Shown here: one piece after another, positions 25,472 through 38,734 of the stretch | How the letters are laid out: the number at the start of each line of letters is the position of its first letter | How positions within the stretch are numbered: the first letter of the stretch is position 1 | From: Octopus vulgaris | Lineage: Eukaryota | DNA length: 64,000 bases | Direction of reading: 5' to 3' | NCBI GenBank assembly: GCA_951406725.2 | Contig: OX597826.1 | Location: 84,072,001-84,136,000 of the forward strand | Made by a program: the position numbers and the translations under genes | The notes under the pieces: generated by a model | Seen by the model: the letters and a program-made list of their open reading frames with translations, nothing else | Databases searched by the model: none | Told to the model about the DNA's origin: nothing

Positions 25472-28240
25472 GTTTTAAATCCAGGTTTTGTTCCCGTTAA
25501 TGAGGGTGGCCGGATCTACCTCAATGCCATAGCAACCGCCCTCACACCATCTCGCCATCTTGCCCAGTTTTGGGCATCCTCCTTTTTCAAACCAACCATC
25601 CCAATCTCCTCCAGCACCTTTTCCTCAGTCTACCTCGCTTTCATGCTCCATTTACCTCAAATGCAGTCACACTCCTCAGAACATGCCCTTCATCCCTCCT
25701 CAACACATGCCCATACCACCTCACTCCATTCGCCCTTGCCAACCATTCCACCGATTCCTCCAACCCCAGCATTCCCATCAAATCCTCAATCCTCCTCTTA
25801 CCAAATAGCTTCACCCTACACATTTCTCTCACCATTGCTCTCTCAGTCCTTCTCAAAATTCTCTCTCCCTCAGACACCATGTTTCACTCCCATACAGCAT
25901 TGCAGCTCTCATGCAACTCCTATCGACCCTTCCTTTCATATTTAATGAGAACCTTTTCCCATTTAACAATGCTGCACATTTCCTGAACTCCATCCAGCCA
26001 AGTCTCACTCTTGCTGTCACAGCTGTTCCACACCCACCATTTACATCTACTCTGTCTCCCAAATAATAAAATCCTCTCACTGTTTCCACCTCATCACATA
26101 GCGTTACCTCTGGTTCTGCCAGCCCTGCAGTTCCTTTCTCATATCTTCCACAAACAAACTCTCTCACCTGTCTTGGGGGTCACCTTCATTTTCGTACACC
26201 TACCATGAACCCATTTTTCACATCTCATACTTAACACTGCAGTTGCCATTACCCGCCTCCCACATACACCACATGGATCCACCTTACGCACTAACACTTT
26301 TCCTTCCATCCCGCTCACCATCACCTTTGTCTTCTTGATGTTTACCTTCAAACCCTTTCCAAATTCTCCTCTCCAACACCCTTTCCTCAGTCTTCATTGC
26401 ATGCTCCAATAACTTCACTCTCCTATACGCCTCACAACTTATTGCATCCCTCTTCTCTTTGAAGATCGGCACCATCACACTTAGTGCCCAATCATCAGGC
26501 ATTCCTCTTCCATCCAGTGCACTCTGGCAGAGCTTCATCATCACAACAACCTCCATCTCTCCACTTGCAGTTATCATTTCCACACTTACCAGCTGTCTTT
26601 CCTGTTTTTGTTGCCTTCATTGCCTTCATTACTTCTTGACTAACCCTCTCCACTGGCTCCTTTACCACAGCAACTTCCACCCTCTAATCCCATTCATTCT
26701 CCTCGTTCATAATTCCCTTCATATGCTCCTTCCAAACTCTTCCCTTTTCTTTCTCACTAATATTCAACCTTCCATCACTCCCCCTCATGCATCTTCCTCC
26801 CTCAACATCTCTTCCATCTTTTTTCATTGATTTAATAAACTTAAACTCTTTCTGGGTTCTCATCTAGCCCGCTCAACCTCTCCTCAGCTTCCTTCCTCAT
26901 GGATCTCGCAACCACCCTTTTTGCATGATTCTTCATGTTATACCTGGCTTTAATTTGCTCAATCCTATGATTACATAAAGCTTTATCTGCCTCTTTCTTC
27001 CTCGCTTTTGCATCCCTCGTCTCCATGTTCCAGCACTATGTATCTCCTCAATCTCTCCTACCTTTCGCCCTTCCACACACTTTGTCACATGCCTTTAGCA
27101 CCTTTTCCTTAAAAGACTTCCACAAATCCAGTGCATCAATGCTTACTAACTCCTCAACTTTCTCCTCAAAACTTGCTCTTGTTTCTTCTTCCTTCAGTTT
27201 CCACACCTTTCTCCTCTCAACTGTTCCCATTCTCACACAACTTTCTTCTTATGCAAGTCAGCAACCACCAACCTGTGCTGCAACTCTCCTGGTATTGTCT
27301 TCACATCTCTCAGATACTTTCTGTTTTTCCTGCCAACCAACAGGAAATCAATTTCTGTCTCATTCCCTCCTGCACTGAAAGCAACCTTCCTTTTCTCTGT
27401 TTTCCTAAGCCACATGTTCACCACACACAACTCTTTCTCATCACAAAACTCCAATAGCATTCTTCCTTCTACATTTCTTTCCCCAATTCTGTTTCCCCCA
27501 TGCACACCCTCAAAGCCCATTTCCCAACATACCCATTAAAATCAGCCATGCCCAAAACCAATTCATCCAAATTACGCAAGTCCCACTCATTCGCCCCATT
27601 TCATCTAAGAACCACTCTTTCTCAGCAATCCCTCTTCCACTTTGTGAACCATACCCACAAATCACTCTCACCACCTCCTCAAATGCTAACACTACTGCCA
27701 TCACTCTGTTGCTCTTTCTCCTGACCTCCATCACCTTCTCACAGATTTCTTCCTTCACCAAAACTCCTACACCTCCAGTCTCCTTGCTATTTCTTGACCA
27801 TCACAACTCGTACCTTCCTCCCTTGACCACCACAAGTCTTGCACCCTGGCTCCTCCACCTAGCCTCCTACACACAGCTCACATCCACCCTCCCCTTCCTC
27901 AATCCCTCACACACCTCAGTTCCCCTTCCATGCAGACTGCCCACATTCCAACTTCCCAACCTCACCCCAAGCTTCTCCACAGGCCTTCGGCCATTATAAG
28001 GCAAGTCATGCTTGCTCAACCCAGGATGAGGGTTTTCACCTTCCTTTTGAGGAATGACACCCATTCTCCTTTGCTATCATGAGGCTTTCTTGGAGCTAGA
28101 TTTTCTACAGGGAGCATGCCTCGCTTATCCCCAACCTCAGTTTCTAGACATGAGTGGTTCTCAGACCAAGGCCTCTAGCACGATTTTTAAGAAATGTGGT
28201 GGTAAACTAGCTCGGGAAGGCAGGAACACTACTCACTGAG
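25472..28240 (-). mobile_element. RTE LINE family 2, near full span with internal deletions, pseudogenised
   Basis: LGSWNVGSL, GERNVEG..LLEFC, EIDF, QHRLVV, KVNIKKTKVM, FYYLGD, MLYGSETW, RWYGHVLR. Many frameshifts. Confidence 0.92.
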
Positions 28241-29257
28241 ACCCCTTTGTAGTGTTTAATTGCACATCTCCTGTATCTGTGAACTCCTAGATTTTTCTTT
28301 TGGAGTGGGGGAGGGGGGCATAAAGTTTTTTTTTTCTTTTGAGCACTTTCTTTTCTTTCTTAGTTTCCTTGTCTCCATTGTCACATAACATGTCTGAGTG
28401 GTCTGAAATTGCAGCGAAGGCAGGTCTTGGGTGGAAGAAGAGTTGTACTTTACTTCTGTTCATTTTGTCATTGTTTTGGGGTATTATACTGGAAATTTAA
28501 AGAGACGGGATTAATCACTTGATTTCAGTACTTCACTGTTTTATTTTATTGACCCCTGAGAGATGGTAGGCAAATGTGACACTGGCAGAATTTGAGCATA
28601 AAGAGCCACAAGTACTGCATGATATTTTGTCTTAAGATTCTGTCAATTCACCACCTTGATGGGAAAAAGAAATTATATTTTGTGAGAAACTTATATGTTT
28701 GACTCTTAGGAATATAAACTTTTTATATATATCAAGTTTGGTAAGGTCTTGAATGTAAAGTTTATCTTTTCTTTGTTAGTACCTCAGGGTGCGTGTCTGT
28801 GATAAAGTGTAATTACCACTGTAATCTACAACACTGAGTCAGTTCTTAGTCATAGTTATTTCACTTATTCAGCCAATACCCTTGGTTGAGAGAAATATGA
28901 ATTACAATATGCTTTGCATCCTTTGAAGTGAATAGCTTTGATTTCTCATGAATAATGAATTTATTTTTGATAGTGGTTTAACCTCATAAGTCTTAATTGA
29001 GCATACCTAGGATTCAAGGTGTTATCCATAACTTTTTTTTCTGCAGGTATGCAGTATATGGGTAAACATTATCAATGTAATTTTTTTCTTTTATTACTAT
29101 AGTGTAATTTAAGAGGAATATTTAGTTGCTATTTCTCATAGGTTGAATGGATACAGAACCCTACCTTAGGTTTTGTGATGATAGAGTAGAAAAACTTTTA
29201 AATTTGTTTTATTTTATGACAAATTACAAATGTTATAAAAAACTTTTCATTCTTCAG

Positions 29258-29457
29258 AAGCTGTTTTAAAGATGGAAAACCTTGGTTACCTGTTGATATT
29301 TTGCTGCTTGTATTTAAATACAACCAAAATGGTAAATGTATTTTGGGTGACTTAGTAGTGTGTCGGCGAAAGATACAATCTCAGATGAACTTGACTAATG
29401 TATTAGAAGTTGGAAGGTATGCTGTTATCTGCTTGGGTTTTAATCATTGGGAAGTAG
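29258..29457 (+). CDS. CAPN15: Calpain-15/SOL-like exon 8
   Basis: ttcAG / GTaagt. Encodes DILLLVF..LEVGRYAVICLGFNHW, matching the SOLH motif LEPGxYxVxCxAFNHW. Confidence 0.9.
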
Positions 29458-30059
29458 GTAAGTCATTCGTACATCACATCTTTTATTCATTTAAATTTTC
29501 CTATTGTTTGAAGAGAGAATTATTTTCTCTTTCTGGCAACTCTTTAAATGAGATAATTTAAAAGCAAATTCAAAGCAGATGATTTTGTTTTCTTTTCATG
29601 TTGCTCTAATTGAGATAATTTTTTAAAGATTTCTATACTCTTTTATTGGTTTCAGTTTTTAGGCTGTGCTTATGCTTTGACTCCGCTTTCAAGCATCTTA
29701 GTCGATTTTGTCTGTCCCTGTTCTTTGTCTAGCACTTAATTTATTGAACTTCTTTGTCTTTCTAATTTTACTTTATGCTGAATGTGAGGTTTTAGCCAGA
29801 CCAAATGAAATGTAATGATGAAACAGTGAAATAGAAGGCCATAAAATAGAAAAATTATCTTGGAAAGACTAGAAAATCGGTGCAGCAAAGAATACTGTTC
29901 TCTGCTGCACCTATTTTCTAATTGTCCTGTAGGTTGTTCAAGGGATGCTAGGCCACAGTTTTAGGCAAGGGGAAAAGTAGAATGTGAGAAAATTGCCAAT
30001 GTTCTATGATATGAGGATCAGGGGTATATGATATTTTGGATTACAAGGCAAGTAACTAA

Positions 30060-30650
30060 AGAGTCATGTCATTGTGGCTGAGAAATGTGTACAAACAGAC
30101 TAGTTGTACTCCTGCATTTATTGGTTCTGAAACAAAAGAAGCATGGAAGTGCTACTTTGACAGGTTGAATGTGGAATATGCATCAGAAAGAGTGGATCTT
30201 GCTAGCATGGTCCATCATAATTGCCCTTGAAATGCTTAAATGGCCCAATGGGATATGGACTATTCAGCTGTGTAGTAAATGAGGTTCTACGTCAAGGTGT
30301 CATATCACAGTCAACTGTTATAAGAACAAAGAAGATGCCTTAGAGAAAGGTAACTACAGAGGAATCAAATTGTTTGAGAAAGTCATGAAACTTGCAGAAT
30401 GATTGCTCTGTTTATTTGAGAGAAAGTCAGCCTAGCTGAAATACAGTATGGTTTTGTGCCAGGAAGAACTACTACTGATGCCATCTTCCTAGTGAGACCA
30501 CTGCAAGAGAAGTACTTAGCTAAAGCTAAATTGCTATACCTAGCCTTTGCCAACCTGGAAAAAGTTTTTGACAAAAATTCTTCACTCAGTGATCTATTGA
30601 TCACTGAGGAAATTGTGGGGTAAAGGAATGGTTTGTGAGAGTCATACATG
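30060..30650 (+). mobile_element. Degraded RTE RT fragment
   Basis: QYGFVPGRTTTDAIFLVRPLQEKY..LAFANLEKVFD. Confidence 0.8.
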
Positions 30651-31009
30651 TGCCTATTTTTTGGAGCAATTTATGGTTTTAGTTGTTGACTGTAGTTATT
30701 CTGGGGATACCTAGCATATAGTTAATTACATTGACTATTATTGTTTTTAATACTCATTTTACTAATCTTGGAAGGTTGAAGGGCAAAGAGTCCTGGAACT
30801 GGATATGAAGTGAAAACAATTAAATCCTTTAGCATGCTTTGTTCAGTGTTCTGATTACTATTAATATGCAGTTTTTATTTTTTCCTTTCCTTTCCCCCTA
30901 ACTGGAAAGTAGAAATGAAAACTGAGACCTTATGTGTTTATAAATAAAGATATTCCAGCCTTGAGCATCTTATTTTCTAAATGTCAAATCACATTATTCA
31001 ATGTATTCA

Positions 31010-31345
31010 TCCACTTTAAGCTCCATCAGCATCATCTATACTGGCTTGGTCATGTATATTGCATGCTGGACAGGAAGATCCCAAAAGACCTCCTGTATGG
31101 GGAATTGGCCACCAGCACAAGAGCGCAAGGATTACCTCAACTTTGTTTCAAGGATGTCTGCAAGAGAGATATGAAGTTGCTTGATCTGGACCTGTTACAC
31201 TCTTGGAGTGTTTGGTGTTAGGAAGGGCATCCAGCCATAGAAACCATGCCAGATCAGACTGGAGTCTGATGCAACCTTCCAGCTTGCCAGCTCTGGACAA
31301 ACCATCCAACCATACCAGCATGGACAACAGATGTTAAATTATTTT
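31010..31345 (+). mobile_element. RTE C-terminal fragment of a different family (LLYGEL) joined to a family-1 tail
   Basis: WLGHV..DRKIPKDLLYGEL..FKDVCKRD, followed by ttaggaagggcatccagcc. Confidence 0.7.
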
Positions 31346-31619
31346 ATATACACACACATATATATATAGGCAAATCAAAATTAAAAACAAGATAAACAAC
31401 AAAAGTCAAGAGGATGTACATGATGAATGTATTAGACTGATGCTCAGAGAAAGTCTAAGATGGAAAAAAAAGTGGGGATGGGACATTTCAAGCATAGCTC
31501 TTCATCAGAAGAGGCAAAAGTTCAGAGAGAAGGAAAGGAATAGCCTGAGAAAAACATGTCATTACATGGCTGAAAAACACACACACATACACACATATGT
31601 ATGTGTATGTATATATATA

Positions 31620-32125
31620 TATATATATAAAACTCAACTTGTGTGTCTGTGTGTGTGTCTGTGTGTGTGTCTGTGTGTTTAACTTCCCGGCACATCTCCT
31701 CCTAGCCAACAAATCGTAGAACCACCCAAAATGGGTCACTTAAAGTTTAGGCGAATGAAAATTGAACTGCGCTATTTCTGTTCTGAAATTCATCTCACAA
31801 GTGCAAAAATCGATAATGTGTTTGTTTAGGCCTTATCCCATGCATTGAATAGTGAACTTTACTCGGTCAGCTGTTTGACGTGAACTGTGTTCACCACGCT
31901 TGCAAGCATGTGTAAATTGCATGAAAAATAAAAAATCAAGATATAAAAACGAATCGCCGTAAACATTGTAGAAATTCGGCAAAGAAATGAATTTTTGGGA
32001 TGTAGCCTGGAAGGTTTTTTCGTATTAATCGTTTGGACTTTGTGAACACATACCAATTGTTTTCATAACATTTTTAACGCTTTGAATTAAATGTGACCAT
32101 TTTGCAAAGCCGGGCAATACTGCTA

Positions 32126-32126
<1 letters not shown>
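31620..32126 (+). mobile_element. Non-autonomous Helitron
   Basis: 5' tatatatataaaac followed by a (GTCT/GT)n microsatellite. 3' gcaaagccgggcaatactgCTAG followed by T, with no TSD, embedded in (TA)n. Confidence 0.7.
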
Positions 32127-32164
<38 letters not shown>

Positions 32165-34225
32165 TAATAATCTTCAGCCAACTTGTTTATAAACTTTGCA
32201 TGGGAAGTGTAGTTATAGTCAAAGATGGTCAATGAGAACATGAATCTTACATGATGACTACTTAGAACAGAAGAAATTAAATGCTAAAATATATTCAATC
32301 CACACTGTAAAGTGATTGTTTGGAAGTGTATCCAGCTGTAAAAATTTTCTTTTATGTGAAAGAGGATATCTTCATGCAGAATATCATTTAGTGTGTGTGT
32401 ATGTCTGTATTTTTGTGTTTTACAGCTGTAAATACCTTGAGGTATTTAAGCCTTAAATGAGAGAGAACCCATAAACTTAACCAGTCAACAAGGACCAATA
32501 AAAGGAGTGCCAGACTAAGTAATGGGTTTAACATAATTGACTAAAATTCTAAAAACTCTTGTCTCTGGTAAATAAATTAAAGAAGCAATGACTGTTACTA
32601 CTCAAAGGTAGCTGGAACTCCCAGTGGCTCTATATGGTAACTGAAACAGGCTTTCATGTGTCAAGTTGTAAACAGCTTGAGACATGCAAGCCAGTTTTAA
32701 TGAATCATTTTATACGTGAGGCCCATAATTATAATTGTAATTCATATGTGATCATATAAACAAAGTGTTTCCCTCATTTACAATTGAGGATGACCTGGTT
32801 ATATGTCATCAGCAAAAACAATTAGCCTGCACTAATTGTTTTTGATGCTGATGTAATCACGAGTAGGTTTAGACATCTCTCAGTCCTCCCACTCTTGACT
32901 TTGGAATTATCCAGGTTATAACAGCTAGAGAGCATGAGGGTTACACTGGCACTTGAAAGGCACTCATTTCAGCTGAGTAGACTAGAGCTGTTTTAAATAA
33001 AATGCCTTCCTTAAGGAGATAACAAGCTGTCCAGCCCTGAAATCAAATTCATGTGTGTGCCCAACATCTTAACAATTAGGCCATGTACCTTCACAAGTGT
33101 GAGCATTAAATGTTGTAACATTGGCAAGATACATGATATGAAGTGTATGTGGAAAGTGTTTTGCCATATGATATTGAATGTAGAATATCAGCAATTAGAA
33201 AGTAATGGATTGAATATATATGGTCTGTGAGATGCATTGTTAACCCACTTATACTGAAGCACTCTTCTAAGGTAAGCGATATGCAGAGGGAGAGGTTGTT
33301 GTTTCCAGTAGATATGTAATCAATAGCTTTCCATCAATCATTATCTTTTCTTTTGATTGAGAATTGTGTATCTAGGACTACCCTCTCCAATACACCCTTC
33401 CATTTTTTGAATGAAGTGTGTTATATGTATGTATGCATGCATGTGCATATCTATGTTCAACAAATTAATAGAGTCATTACTTTGTTGAACAGAATGCTTC
33501 ATGGCATGTCTTGTAGCTGTTTTATGTTCTAAGTTCAAATCCTGCCAAGATCAACTTCGCCTTTCATCCTTTTATGGTTGATAACAAAAAACAAAAGTAT
33601 CAATTGAAGGCAGTGTAAGAACATTAGACTGGATGCTTTGCAGCGTTTGTTTCAACTCCTTGCATTCTAAGTTCCAATCTTACTGTGGTCTACTTGGGTT
33701 GTAGACTTAACTCATCACCTAGTTGAGCACTGACACCTGGCTCACCACAGGTACTTTAAGTAGAGTTCACTCTAATGCAAGAATTTGGCTTGGTTTCTGG
33801 TTTGAGGATACCTTACTTCTTCTTTCCCACCAGTCTTAGAGGTTCTGTAACAAGCGATGGTTACTGCCTTCAGTTTTGATTGAAAGAAGAAAAAAAATGT
33901 ACATGTCTGCATGTGTATCCATATGTGTGTATATGTAATATTTATATATAAGAGAGAGAGAGAGAGAGGTTAAGCAATATGTTGAAGCTCTCTGGTTAGC
34001 TCTTTGTTGTAGTGAATGTTCACATGTAACATATTTATACCATCAGTTGTATGTATTTGGGTAAAATCTGCAAAGAAAACATACAGTGAACAGTAAATAT
34101 GGTACATGTAATTAACAGAAAACATTCTCTCTACACCTTCCTTATAACTGTTCAGTCTTGTGTTAATGTAACCTATATTATTTCCATGTCCTCTCATTCA
34201 AAATTATTATTCTGCTTGTTTATAG

Positions 34226-34398
34226 GTAATTCTACAAATCCAAATCTGAATTCTGATCCTATTCCATACAGACTTGTACTCCACTGCATTAAAGCCTTTA
34301 TTCTGAGAGAGATGAAGTTGACATCAAGTTACGATGATTACTTTCTTCTGGCTGACACCATCATAAAACTTGTGCTTACTTTAGGCAAAAAGCAAACG
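34226..34398 (+). CDS. CAPN15: Calpain-15/SOL-like exon 9
   Basis: ttatAG / GTaata. Encodes PYRLVLH..LADTIIKL; phase 1 in, phase 0 out fits both neighbours. Confidence 0.86.
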
Positions 34399-35259
34399 GT
34401 AATATACAATTACATTTATTAATTTCTACTTCGGTTTAGTCCTAGGTCACTGCTGATCAAGCAAGCGTGTAATTGGAGGCAAAGCTGTCTAGCCTGACTA
34501 TCATGACTCTTCTGTGTTAGGAACTCGGGACCATTTCCAATATATCCCTTTTTAAGATGGTGGTTAAGCTTTGTAGGAGATGTAGCTGCTATTCTTAACC
34601 TGTTGATCTATCACATTGAAGTTGCTCCATTAATCCAAACTCCTTTCTTATTAGTATGTTTTGATCAGTTGACAACTTACTCCAGTATTTTCATTTTTAT
34701 TGTGACAAAACAAAACTGTCTTTATCTCCTGCTTTTGGAAGAAGATTGTGTCATTATTAAGGTTGCAATCAAGCAGAATCAGACCAAATGGCTAGTGGTT
34801 TTTATCCTAGTCCTTCACATTGAGTTTAAATCTCACTCAAATCAACTTTGTCTTTCATCTTTTTGGGGGTTGATAAAAAAAAATGTACCAAATATGTATT
34901 AGTGTTGATGCAATCAACTCTACCACTTCTATGAAAATTGATGAGTTTGTACTAAAACTTGAAGCAATTCTTATTAAGAACAGTGGATTGACTGAATCCT
35001 TAGATCATTGGAAAAAACTTCTTTGCAGCATTTCTTCATGTTCTGCATGCAAAACCAGTCAACACCAACTTTATTTTGACTCTGGAGAAATGGAAAGTAA
35101 AATACAAATCAAATATTAGAGTTGAGGTTAATGAATATCCAACTGTCCTTAAAATTGTTGGCCTTAAATCATTATTATAGGATGGAGAGTTGGCAGAACT
35201 GTCAAAGCATCAGACAAAATGATTTGTTACATTTGTTCTGGCTTTTTATGCTGAGTCCC

Positions 35260-37110
35260 AATGCCAGCATGGAAAACGGGGTACATTTCTGCTGGACGTC
35301 TATAAATGTCTCTCTTTTGATATCCTTCAGCCTCTTAAGCAATAATTTCGGTGTTGTGCTAAGTGCTCCAGTTACCACAGGAACAATTATCATCTGAGTC
35401 TTCCACAATCTCTTCATTCCTCTTGTTAGGTCCCGGTATTTCTCTCACTTTTCAATTTTTATTTTGTCCTCTACAATCATGTCTGCTCTTGCTTCAATAG
35501 TATGGTCATTCTTTGTGAGATCTCATAAAATCCTGTAATTCTTATTCTCCATCACAGCGTCTGATTCATATTCATACCACTTTTCTGTTACTTTGAATTT
35601 ATTTTTATTTCATTTTTATTTCATCTAGTTTCAGTTCACGAGCTGTGGCCATGCTGGAGCACTGCCAGACATTTGGCTAACATCCCAATACACTCTTTTA
35701 CCTATAGTCATGTATGCAAATAAACTGTTTACGCTAAGTTACTGCATTTACTCAAGAGGTAGTTGATATTTTTGTCTCCTTTAGTGAAGATTCTGTATTT
35801 GCTCTCCAACTGAGTTTTATCTATCTTTACCTTTATAAAATTCATCCCAGTAGCTTGTTCCTGAGCAGCTATGGTTAGCTCTTGGGTTTGGATTTCTGGC
35901 TTTTGTCCATCAGTGACAACAGGCATTTTTTACTACCAACAGGTGGTTGCATGAATTGACCATGTAATTTCTCTTTTTCCATCTACTCATTCTGTCATTT
36001 TTCCTATTCTTGAATTCTGTTGTTTCAGTAACTTTTTGGACATTTCAAGCCACTAATAGTATTCTATCTTCACTGCACATCACAGTTTTTCAAACCCAAG
36101 ATTGCAGTACTAATGGTGTCGTCTGCATTTAGCCATCCTCTGCCTCTTTCTTTCTCGATAGGTTTGATCTGGTCAGTATTTTGCGAGCTGGCAGAAATGT
36201 TAACGCGCCGGGTGAAATGCTTAGTGGTATTTCGTCTACCACTACGTTCTGAGTTCAAATTCCGCCGAGGTTGACTTTGCCTGTCATCCTTTCGGGGTTG
36301 ATAAATTAAGTACCAGTTGCGCACTGGGGTTGATGTAATCAACTTAGTCCATTTGTTTGTCCTTGTTTGTCCCCTCTGTGTTTAGCCCCTTGTGGGTAGT
36401 AAAGAAATAAGTATTACTTTTAGGGTGGTGTGCATTGTAGCTGTCTTTGTCCATATGAATCACAAACTCATAGGTAGGCCTGCATTTCTTCTATATACTT
36501 GTTAGTGGGATAAATATAATGATGAAGAGTAATGTAAAGAACAAGTCTTCTTGAAATCTCCTTCTATATATTTTCATGTTTCCTAATGATTCATTTGCAT
36601 ATGTTAGTTCTACTTCCCAGTCACTTTTCCAAAAAGTTGTTTGTCTTCTCATTGACTTCACACATTTGTAAGCACTCCAAGAGCCATCAGTATGGAACAT
36701 TGTTGTAAGCCGTTTTGTGGTGTTTCAGCCAACAACTAAATTCTTCTTTCTTACTTGTGTCTCATTTAATATTTCACTATCTATATACAGTAGATCAGCA
36801 TTTCCCCTTGACTTCTTTCTGCATCCCTTTTCCTCCTCCAACAATAGACTCTCTTCTACAAAGCTATGCACCTTATCTGCTGTGAAGCCAGATGACAATT
36901 TTCAGAGTAGAACGTAATTGGTGTGTAATTACTGATTTACTCTTCTTCTCTTTGTTCTTCTGTATCAACGCCATCTTTCTTTTTGTCATCCATGTTGATG
37001 TTCCATTTTCTATACAGTCAATAAGAAATGGTTAAATATAGTTGTGTATACTTTTTAGCCAGAACCCCTGACCATCATCTGGTCCAGAGACTTTCCAATT
37101 TGGTATACAG
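35260..37110 (-). mobile_element. R4/Dong-like (RLE-type) LINE remnant
   Basis: PNWKVSGPD..WLK, a degenerate RGIFQGDSLSPLLF, IAAQEQA, NYLLSKCSNLA, and WKTQMIIVPVVTGAL. Confidence 0.75.
36184..36410 (+). mobile_element. SINE family 2 inserted in the R4-like LINE
   Basis: tRNA-like head gagctggcagaa..gagttcaaattcc and central gcctgtcatcctttcggggttgataaattaagtacc, which resembles the MetaSINE-type domain from memory. Well preserved and CpG-rich. Confidence 0.85.
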
Positions 37111-38734
37111 ATTGATCAGGAAAGCATTGAAGCTATCCCTGATCTGATCAACTGCCCTAATGGTGCACAACTGAGGTTAGAAGTTGAGATGCACATTTGT
37201 GGTGAGACAAACCGCTTAAAGGTTTTCTGCCCCATAGAGAGAAACCAGAAACACCCAATACTGCACACACCTCAAATAACATCAACATCAAAAGCAACAG
37301 CAGCAGCATCAGCTTCAAGAATAGCAGCACCTAAAACAACACCAGTATCAACAGAAGGAGCAGCAGAAGAGATTAATTCAACAACATTAGCAGCAAACAC
37401 CAGTACCACACCTGAGATAAACAAAACCATCACTTGCACCATCGCAAGTAAGAAGCCTTACCTGCACCAGTCAAGCAAACCACCAACTTAGAAATGCAGG
37501 ACGATTGTGCAGACCTACTTCTCTCCCCTACTATAGATTTCTCTGACTGTGGAAATTTGTCTCGCAAGGAAAACAGTTTGAGAAAACCACTAAAATGTAT
37601 CTTGGGGAAAGGAAAAAGAAAAACATTACAAAATATAAAGTACAGTACAAGACTGAAAATAAAGAGATTAGAGGAGGAATCACAGAAACCAACAAAACAT
37701 CATACACCCACATACTCTACATCAACACAATTATAAACATCTCCAACACTACAAACATCACCAACATTACAAACAAAAACACACAGCAATCCAGACCAAC
37801 AACATGAACATCACTCCCAAAGCATCATCAATTACACAGCAATATACAAAAACAACAAGAACTTAATAAAACATTTTCAAAAATACACAGGCACTACCAT
37901 AAATGAATACATTACACACCTGCATAACACCCCTATTCTCATAAAAATTATAAAAACAATATAACAAAGTTACAACACACTGAAAGCAAAATATCACAAA
38001 GGAATGGGAGATTTCTGTTGGATCATAAACAAAAAAACTCTACAAAAGATTGCTTGTGAAGACCCCCACAAATAGCTAGAAGGACAGAACACATTTCTCT
38101 CCATAGAAATAGGGTGATTCTCTTCACTCTCCTTCTTTCTGACAAACATGGTCTTGTTCAGAATAGGCAGTATAAATGCACATGGCCTGGTGCTACTTTG
38201 GAAACAGGTCCACCTACTCAATGACCTCAGCTGACTAAGTATATTTTTGGTGAATACAAGAATTACCTCTATATCAACTGGGAGTAGGGAGTGGAACAGC
38301 AGTGTTTCAGAGAAGTCTAGATCATGAGATAAGGGCCATTCTGGACCCAGAAGGTAAGTTAGTTGTCATAGATGTGAATAGTAGTGACAGGGATGCTTTC
38401 AGACTGGTGGTTGTTTATGCCCTAAAAGGAGAAGGAGAGCCAGATTTCTTCAGCCATCTGGAGGTTTTGCTGGGAATGTCTTAACCTTTAGTGCTAATGA
38501 GTGACTGGAATGCTATCTTGGATGCACATTTAGATTGTGTGGGGCTAGCTGTTTGATGAGGGGTGTACAAAAGCCATGCAAACCTGCTCAGACATTTTCA
38601 ATTGTCTGACAGTTACTAATTGGATTTCCCAACTGTGCTTATGCGGACATGGATGAACCACATCAGGTCATATCTAGATAATCTGTAGATCATTAGATAA
38701 GGTTACCATAAGTTGTACATTTTTAAAAATCACA

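Noticed and set aside
25560-27999. Cluster of + strand ORFs
   Set aside because: These are antisense frames of the purine-rich minus-strand RTE.
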